From a virus (Duplodnaviria > Caudoviricetes), in IMG/VR virus record IMGVR_UViG_3300038520_002504, positions 1-38,108 of that record: a DNA stretch of 38,108 nt; one strand, written 5' to 3'. The notes under the pieces are model-generated. The model was not told where the DNA came from. It made no database searches and worked only from the letters and a program-made list of their open reading frames with translations. Made by a program: the position numbers and the translations under genes. This document shows positions 36,338 through 38,108 of this stretch, piece after piece; the stretch's first letter is position 1; each line of letters begins with the position of its first letter.

Positions 36338-36607
36338 ATGACGAACGAGGAACGCCAAGAATTTTGGAATGCAATTGAAAGTGGTGATAATCCACTTCTT
36401 TCAGTTATGCATGGATTGGTGGAAAAGTGGGGCTTGCCTGCAATTATTATGTCTCTTGGAGACATTGCTGCTGTCCTATCAGAAGATGCTATTGACGCTG
36501 AACTAACACCGAACCAACGTGGATTAATTCTTGGTGCCTGTGCGCAGGTGTCCTCTCTTAGTGATCAAATGCATGCCGAGATGGAATTCCTTGCCTCTAC
36601 CGAATAA
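36338..36607 (+). CDS. Hypothetical protein
   Basis: 89 aa ORF; TAGAAT at 36308-36313. Confidence 0.65.
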   Translation: MTNEERQEFWNAIESGDNPLLSVMHGLVEKWGLPAIIMSLGDIAAVLSEDAIDAELTPNQRGLILGACAQVSSLSDQMHAEMEFLASTE

Positions 36608-36750
36608 TGTCTCCAGAAGAACTTACCAATTGGGAAAAAGTAAAAGAGTATTTTGAAACTCTTCCAGAAGAAAAACGAGATAATATGTTTTACAAGCGAG
36701 CAGTTGCTATCTGTGCTGGCAAAGATGATCCTTTAGAGCCGCTAAAATAG
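36607..36750 (+). CDS. Small hypothetical protein (47 aa, not in the ORF track)
   Basis: TAATG coupled; MSPEELTNWEKVKEYFETLPEEKRDNMFYKRAVAICAGKDDPLEPLK. Confidence 0.75.
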   Translation: MSPEELTNWEKVKEYFETLPEEKRDNMFYKRAVAICAGKDDPLEPLK

Positions 36751-36771
36751 GGTAGTAGCGTAAGCAATAGC

Positions 36772-37047
36772 ATGGCTATCCGTAAAGCGGGTGAAGTTTT
36801 TTCTGGTTATAACAAGCCAAAACGTACACCTAATCATCCGAAAAAATCCCATGCAGTACTTGCAAAAGTAGGCAGCACTGAAAAGTTGATTCGTTTTGGT
36901 CAACAGGGCGTAAAAGGTGCTGGTAAAAATCCTAAGTCAGCTAAAGATAAGGCACGCAAAAAGTCTTACTACGCTCGGCACAATGCACAAGATTCAAAGC
37001 CGAGCAAGCTATCTGCTCGTTATTGGTCACATAAGGTGAAGTGGTAA
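36772..37047 (+). CDS. Small highly basic phage protein
   Basis: 91 aa Lys-rich; KLIRFGQQG...RKKSYYARH...SARYWSHKVKW, a motif I recall from many phage genomes. Confidence 0.75.
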   Translation: MAIRKAGEVFSGYNKPKRTPNHPKKSHAVLAKVGSTEKLIRFGQQGVKGAGKNPKSAKDKARKKSYYARHNAQDSKPSKLSARYWSHKVKW

Positions 37048-37628
37048 TGAATTATTCTCAAAGGCAAGCCCAAGCAATGCTTGGCAAACATGTGACTTAT
37101 CACAAGGAATCATGCCCGCTAGCAACGACGGATGTGCATGAAAATACAAAGAACAGGAATTGGACCATTGAGAATTTTAATTACGGTCCTTTGAATCCTG
37201 ATTATCCAAACGAAGAGTTTTGGCAACAGAAAGCAGATCTGTTTAAGACAGACATCTGTGAAGCAATGTCTGCTCGATGCGGCAACTGTGGAGCCTTTGA
37301 TCAAACTTGGAAGGTGATGTGCTGCATTGGTGGCGGTATTGGTACAGAAGAAGAGCCTTATGTTGATCCACGTCGTGTGATTGAACATGCAAATCTAGGC
37401 TATTGCCAACTGTTTAAATTTAAATGTGCGGGTGATCGTACCTGTGACGCTTGGATTCATGGTGGTCCAATTGAAGATAAAATGTCACCAGAGGAAGAAA
37501 TGAACAAATCTGCTGATGAATCTGATGTCAATAGTGAGATGTCAGAAATTATCGAGCAGCTTCATGGCGCATCTGACAAACACAAAAAGCAAGCCTTGCG
37601 TCTAACTAAACTTAAGGAGAACATGTGA
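37041..37628 (+). CDS. Cys-rich hypothetical phage protein (putative metal-binding)
   Basis: CPLAT...YGPLNP...RCGNCGAF...LGYCQLFKFKCAGDRTCDAW. Confidence 0.7.
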   Translation: MVMNYSQRQAQAMLGKHVTYHKESCPLATTDVHENTKNRNWTIENFNYGPLNPDYPNEEFWQQKADLFKTDICEAMSARCGNCGAFDQTWKVMCCIGGGIGTEEEPYVDPRRVIEHANLGYCQLFKFKCAGDRTCDAWIHGGPIEDKMSPEEEMNKSADESDVNSEMSEIIEQLHGASDKHKKQALRLTKLKENM

Positions 37629-37837
37629 TGTCTGCTGAATCTAGATCGAAAGCAAAAGCAAAGGCTAAATCCCGAGTCAATGAGGCAGGCAACTACACCA
37701 AGCCTGGTCTACGCAAGCAGATTTTTAATCGCATTAAAGCAGGCAGTAAAGGCGGAAAGCCTGGCCAATGGTCTGCTCGTAAAGCCCAAATGATGGCGAA
37801 AGAATATAAAGCAAAAGGTGGGGGCTACAAAGACTAA
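37625..37837 (+). CDS. Small basic protein (DUF5872-like, N-terminal half)
   Basis: NYTKPGLRKQIFNRIKAGSKGGKPGQWSARKAQMMAKEYKAKGGGYK. Confidence 0.7.
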   Translation: MMSAESRSKAKAKAKSRVNEAGNYTKPGLRKQIFNRIKAGSKGGKPGQWSARKAQMMAKEYKAKGGGYKD

Positions 37838-38091
37838 TGGCTAAACGTGAATCTCAAAAATCTTTAGACAGCTGGACTAAAGAAGACTGGGGCACTAAAT
37901 CTGGCAAAAATAGTACTCAGGGTAAAAACGCTACAGGTGAACGTTATCTGCCTAAAAAAGCACGTGAAGCATTGTCTGATAAGGAATATGCCAGGAGCAC
38001 TGCTAAAAAACGTGCAGCAGCTCGTAAAGGTAAACAGTTCAGTAAACAACCTGAGGATATCGCTAAAAAGACTGCGAAGTATCGTCGTTAA
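37837..38091 (+). CDS. Small basic protein (DUF5872-like, C-terminal half)
   Basis: QKSLDSWTKEDW...GERYLPKKAREALSDKEYARSTAKKR; TAATG coupled. Confidence 0.7.
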   Translation: MAKRESQKSLDSWTKEDWGTKSGKNSTQGKNATGERYLPKKAREALSDKEYARSTAKKRAAARKGKQFSKQPEDIAKKTAKYRR

Positions 38092-38108
38092 TTTTATTAC
38101 AATTAAAA

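Noticed and set aside
1-38108. Prophage or host chromosome origin suggested by the rpoD-like gene; tRNA or other structured RNA genes
   Set aside because: No integrase, att site or housekeeping gene context; intergenic gaps are mostly under 70 nt and show no cloverleaf

Overview
A 38 kb segment of a tailed dsDNA phage genome, most likely a cyanophage of picocyanobacteria (inferred from a cyanobacterial group-2-type sigma70 gene and an NblA-like ORF). It spans the morphogenesis region. In order: Gly/Ala/Gln-rich putative internal virion/ejection proteins, probable small and clear large terminase, portal, scaffold, sigma factor, an HNH endonuclease, major capsid and decoration proteins, a ComEA-like HhH protein, a SWIM-finger protein, several fibre proteins (two with S74 chaperones), a GH19 endolysin and small basic proteins. 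I saw no tRNA, CRISPR, integrase, or recognisable tail sheath/tube gene. The most striking features are: (1) about 27 genes each have their own -10-like hexamer (TAnAAT/TAnACT) about 20-30 nt upstream, and only the sigma gene has a TTGACA -35; (2) a 446-nt out-of-frame overlap of portal and scaffold; (3) a Gln-rich protein with about 40 in-register 11-residue repeats; (4) small modules shuffled between putative internal proteins, including a shared N-terminal carrier fused to nothing, to an S74 chaperone, or to a muramidase. All family assignments are from motif recognition by eye; no searches were run.
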